Under the pieces are notes generated by a model that worked only from the letters and a program-made list of their open reading frames with translations, was not told the DNA's origin and ran no database searches. Positions 60,048-64,000 of a DNA stretch of 64,000 nucleotides are shown here, piece after piece; the stretch's first letter is position 1; each line of letters begins with the position of its first letter. This stretch comes from Eledone cirrhosa. Lineage: Eukaryota. Position numbers and translations under genes: made by a program. The DNA lies in contig OZ024750.1 of assembly GCA_964016885.1 (NCBI GenBank), forward strand, positions 1,426,001 to 1,490,000, in the 5' to 3' direction.

Positions 60048-60500
60048 CTATTCTCCAGCCGGAGCCTGGTGCAGTCTGCGACTAACCCAGGTTCTGCTGC
60101 ACGTCGGGCTGAGGAGGCCAAGCTCTTCAAATCCCGGTCGCTCTCCGACAGGTTTGCGGTTGTACCCTTGGCAGTGGAGACTTCTGATGTCCTCGGCCCT
60201 AGGGCTACCTCTCTACTCACCACCATAGGCGCTGAGCTGGCCAGCCGCAGGTGTGAGCCCCGCGAGTTGGAATGGCTTTTCCAACGCGTCTCCCTTGCCG
60301 TCCTCCGGGGAAACGCCTTTTCTATTCTGTCCGCCGGGGCTGTGGGGAGGCCACCAATATGATTGACTGACTTGTCATTTTATCAGTCAGATGTTTTTAG
60401 ACCCGTTGTATGAATAATCTAGTGATTTGTTGGATGTTGTTCTTAGTTCTTAGTACTTAATAATGAGTGGATACTAAATCTGTTTATTTTAAACTAGTGT
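60048..60500 (+). mobile_element. CRE-clade non-LTR retrotransposon 3' end (restriction-like endonuclease tail; coding to 60362)
   Basis: GSAARRAEEAKLFK..VVPLAVETSDVLG..LFQRVSLAVLRGNA matches the CRE RLE C-terminus (AE..K..KY, P.AVET.G, QR.S.A..RGNA); GC-rich island. Confidence 0.85.
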
Positions 60501-60509
60501 ATATATTTC

Positions 60510-61347
60510 AATATATTTTCGGTGGAACAAGCAATATAAAGGACAGCTATAGCAACTGTATAGAATTGCTAATGGTGAACAAGATTCTTAACTTGAAGAA
60601 CAGTACTAGAGCTGGTAAAGTATGAACCCAGCCAAGACAGCTTACAATCGGTACTACACATTAAGTCTGCTGCCTTTTCTACTCAGTGGGTTACCAACTA
60701 TATAGTCCCGTACGTGAAACTATCAAAACGATGTTGATACTATTTAAATATTGTTTCTAAAATATTAGATTTTCAGAACTACTTTTTAATAATTTTGTTA
60801 CAAAAATAATTGTTTCAATTATCGTTGTTTGAAATGAAACAATTAAACATATTTTGTTTTTTTCATGAAATTTACCCTATTTTGATCTATTTTTTCTGCT
60901 GTAAATTACGTTATTATATAATTTCTTAATAACAATCAGATGAAAGAATCATTGTTTTAGTATTTTGTTGTCATTAATAATTGTTCAAACCGTTAAAGAC
61001 GGGTATTATAAAGCAATCATATGTCAGCATGATTCCCCACATTCATTTCAGATGAGAAACTTTCTCAGAATGTTTGCAGTCACCAAGGCTACAAATAATG
61101 AAGTTTACTTTTTTCTCCTATTCTTATGAATTTGTTTCCATTCATGTTGTCACAAAGCGAGTAATGTTATACTTCAGGTTTGTCACGATATCACGATATC
61201 CACGGATCTTTTTAATTTGTTTCTCGTTTACAACCTAACATGCTTACATCCACATCCACACGCGCTCTCACATACACGAATGCACATGTACACACACGCG
61301 CACACCCACTCACACACACACAGACACACACAGACAGACACACACAC

Positions 61348-61389
<42 letters not shown>

Positions 61390-61718
61390 AATTCCATACA
61401 AATTCGACATAACACTAATTTTTAAATATAATAGCTAAAAGCATTTTATGTTTTAGTGAGGAGATGCCTAATAAGTTTAACCAGTTGTTGGTATGCAAAC
61501 TACATCCTACAAATTATAGTCTGATGTAATAATAGCTATCTGAAATAGACTCTTTAAGACTGTTGATAGAACTATGTTTTCTGACCACGAAGCACATTAT
61601 TTTACCAACTTTTCCGAAGCATTAGAATAGATATATACGTTTTACTTTTATTCAGTGAATTCCAAGTCCCCAACTGTTAAGCCATGTGATGTAATTTAGT
61701 AAAGAATTCATTTACATT

Positions 61719-61765
<47 letters not shown>

Positions 61766-61827
61766 CAGAAATCTAAATTAATTCTTTTCTAGATTACATC
61801 ATATATATTTGTATATGTGTGTGTGCG

Positions 61828-61881
<54 letters not shown>

Positions 61882-63376
61882 TGTATGGGTATATATTTAC
61901 ATATTCAGAAAGAGAGATGTATCATTCTGTTCAACATACTATATTCCTAATTGCACCTGTTTCGCAAACGTCCAGCTCTGAGTCTCAACCGGCTACACAA
62001 TACTTCGGTAACATACAACTCATTTTTGTTCAAGAAGGATTACCCACAAAAAATATGCATTCCGTCTTGCAAAATATATTGACTTTGTGTCTAAATTAGA
62101 AATCAATCTAGGTTAATGATGAACATCAATTTAAAAATCTCTTCAAATATCCTACGCATACTTAAAAAAATATCGTAAGTATACTTATATAAATGTCGGC
62201 TGGACGGTCCAGACAATAGGAATATATATTTAACATATCTTTTCTATAGATATCTCCATACAGATTTGACCGACGCTGGCATGAGATTCCCCGAGATAAT
62301 TGCACACCTATGGGTTCCATCAGTATTCTAGTCGATCATCATTGACTGATGTTGCACTCTATCAACTCCTGTGTTTCGTCATGTAAGTTTTTAATGTACA
62401 GGAGGATCATTTTATTGAACCCCCCCCCCCCCCCCCAAAAAAAAACAAACTCCAATACCTGTGAAACACCAGAGATGTTAAAGTATGTGTCAATGAGTGC
62501 TGATAGGAGGTTTGGTATGTAAGACATGGATATCGTATTCCAGAGACCGCCGAAAGTGTATAAAGAACACTAGAAAAGATATTATATTTAAAATAATTTC
62601 CGTTTGTCTGGTGACTTTTATAGAATTATAAGACATCTAAAGATATTTAAGAAAAATAATCTCATATAAAATTGATGTAAATAGTTAATTGTTTTTAAAG
62701 TTTTCATAAATTTTATGAAGAGGTATAGAGTTATATTTGCTGAGTTTTGTCTTTTTATTTGATATTTTAAAAAATAGATCAAATGAAAAAGGAACAAATC
62801 AAGTGGAACAAATATGTCAAATATACATGATATTGATTGATCTAATAATTTCTTATGATGAGTATCTTCCCTTTTTCTTCTACCGAAATCATTCCTATCT
62901 CTATGTGAAAACATGCATCCTTGGATAACGTAGTAAATTAATAGTCAGACATTGAACAGGAAATCAAAACAGTTCTTGCATGATTATATTATTCTAATAT
63001 CATGATTATATTATTCTAATATCTAATATCTAAGGGCGGTGGATTGGCAGTATCGGTAGAGGGTCGGACGCCATGCTTTCCAGCATAGTTACGTCCCTTT
63101 TACGATCTGAGTTCAAATCCCGCCGAGGTTGACTTTGCCTTTCATCCTTACGGGGTCGATAAAATAAAGTACCAGTAATGCACTGAGTAATTGCTGGCCT
63201 TGTGCCTAAAGTAGAAACAATTATTCTAATATCTTGCGTAGTTTTATTTGTTGTTAAAATCTTATTTCTCCTCTTCTATTGTACAGTATGTCACGATTCA
63301 CAGATAGATCTCGAAAAGCGTTGAAGTAATGAAAACTAAAATAATTCGAAGGAAATGCTGCTTGTAGTTAGTTGAA
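60510..63376 (-). pseudogene. Decayed protocadherin-like remnant I (runs into the gap)
   Basis: LKYQIK, LDV..IKVT, VLYTLSA, TYFNI, NLDTK..VGNPS..LDVCE, HVRD..GNPLS and hydrophobic VAIAVLYIAC in order. Confidence 0.45.
63033..63222 (+). mobile_element. SINE, full length
   Basis: A box at 63046-63057, B box at 63111-63120; attattctaatatct duplicated at 63010-63024 / 63220-63234. Confidence 0.92.
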
Positions 63377-63576
63377 NNNNNNNNNNNNNNNNNNNNNNNN
63401 NNNNNNNNNNNNNNNNNNNNNNNNNNNNNNNNNNNNNNNNNNNNNNNNNNNNNNNNNNNNNNNNNNNNNNNNNNNNNNNNNNNNNNNNNNNNNNNNNNNN
63501 NNNNNNNNNNNNNNNNNNNNNNNNNNNNNNNNNNNNNNNNNNNNNNNNNNNNNNNNNNNNNNNNNNNNNNNNNNNN
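63377..63576. other. Assembly gap (200 N)
   Basis: Run of N, followed by a pure A/T tract to the window end. Confidence 1.
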
Positions 63577-63598
63577 ATATAATATATATATATATAAT

Positions 63599-63645
<47 letters not shown>

Positions 63646-63687
63646 TATATATATAATATAATATATATATATATATATATATAAATT

Positions 63688-63721
<34 letters not shown>

Positions 63722-63819
63722 ATATATTTATAAATATATATTATAATATATAAATATATATATATATAAATTTATATATATATATATATTATATTTATAT
63801 ATATATATATATATAAATT

Positions 63820-63871
<52 letters not shown>

Positions 63872-63890
63872 ATATATAAATATATAAATT

Positions 63891-63983
<93 letters not shown>

Positions 63984-64000
63984 ATATATATATAAATATA

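Noticed and set aside
63033-63125. tRNA gene
   Set aside because: A and B boxes belong to a SINE head; no cloverleaf, multiple copies with TSDs.
63372-63656. 94-aa ORF
   Set aside because: Spans the N gap and the AT tract.

Overview
AT-rich, microsatellite-saturated eukaryotic DNA. It is most likely an octopus or other coleoid cephalopod genome, judged from the recurring tRNA-derived SINE and protocadherin-like remnants. No intact protein-coding gene is visible; almost all long ORFs in the track are (TA)n/(CA)n/(TATG)n artefacts. Recognisable content: (1) about nine heavily decayed protocadherin-like ectodomain remnants, all on the minus strand and head-to-tail, forming a dead tandem cluster; (2) a dense set of type I hammerhead ribozymes carried by Penelope-like elements (PLEs) that sit in (TA)n tracts, including an ORF-less 491-bp-period double-hammerhead unit (retrozyme-like, 787-1450), a Naiad-like GIY-YIG PLE with ~736-bp inverted arms, and a spacerless palindrome with U3-A8 variant hammerheads; (3) fragments of RTE-like, CR1-group and CRE-clade LINEs, seven SINE copies (several with TSDs) and mariner-type MITEs; (4) a 200-N gap at 63377-63576. 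All calls were made by eye with no database searches, and pseudogene boundaries are approximate.
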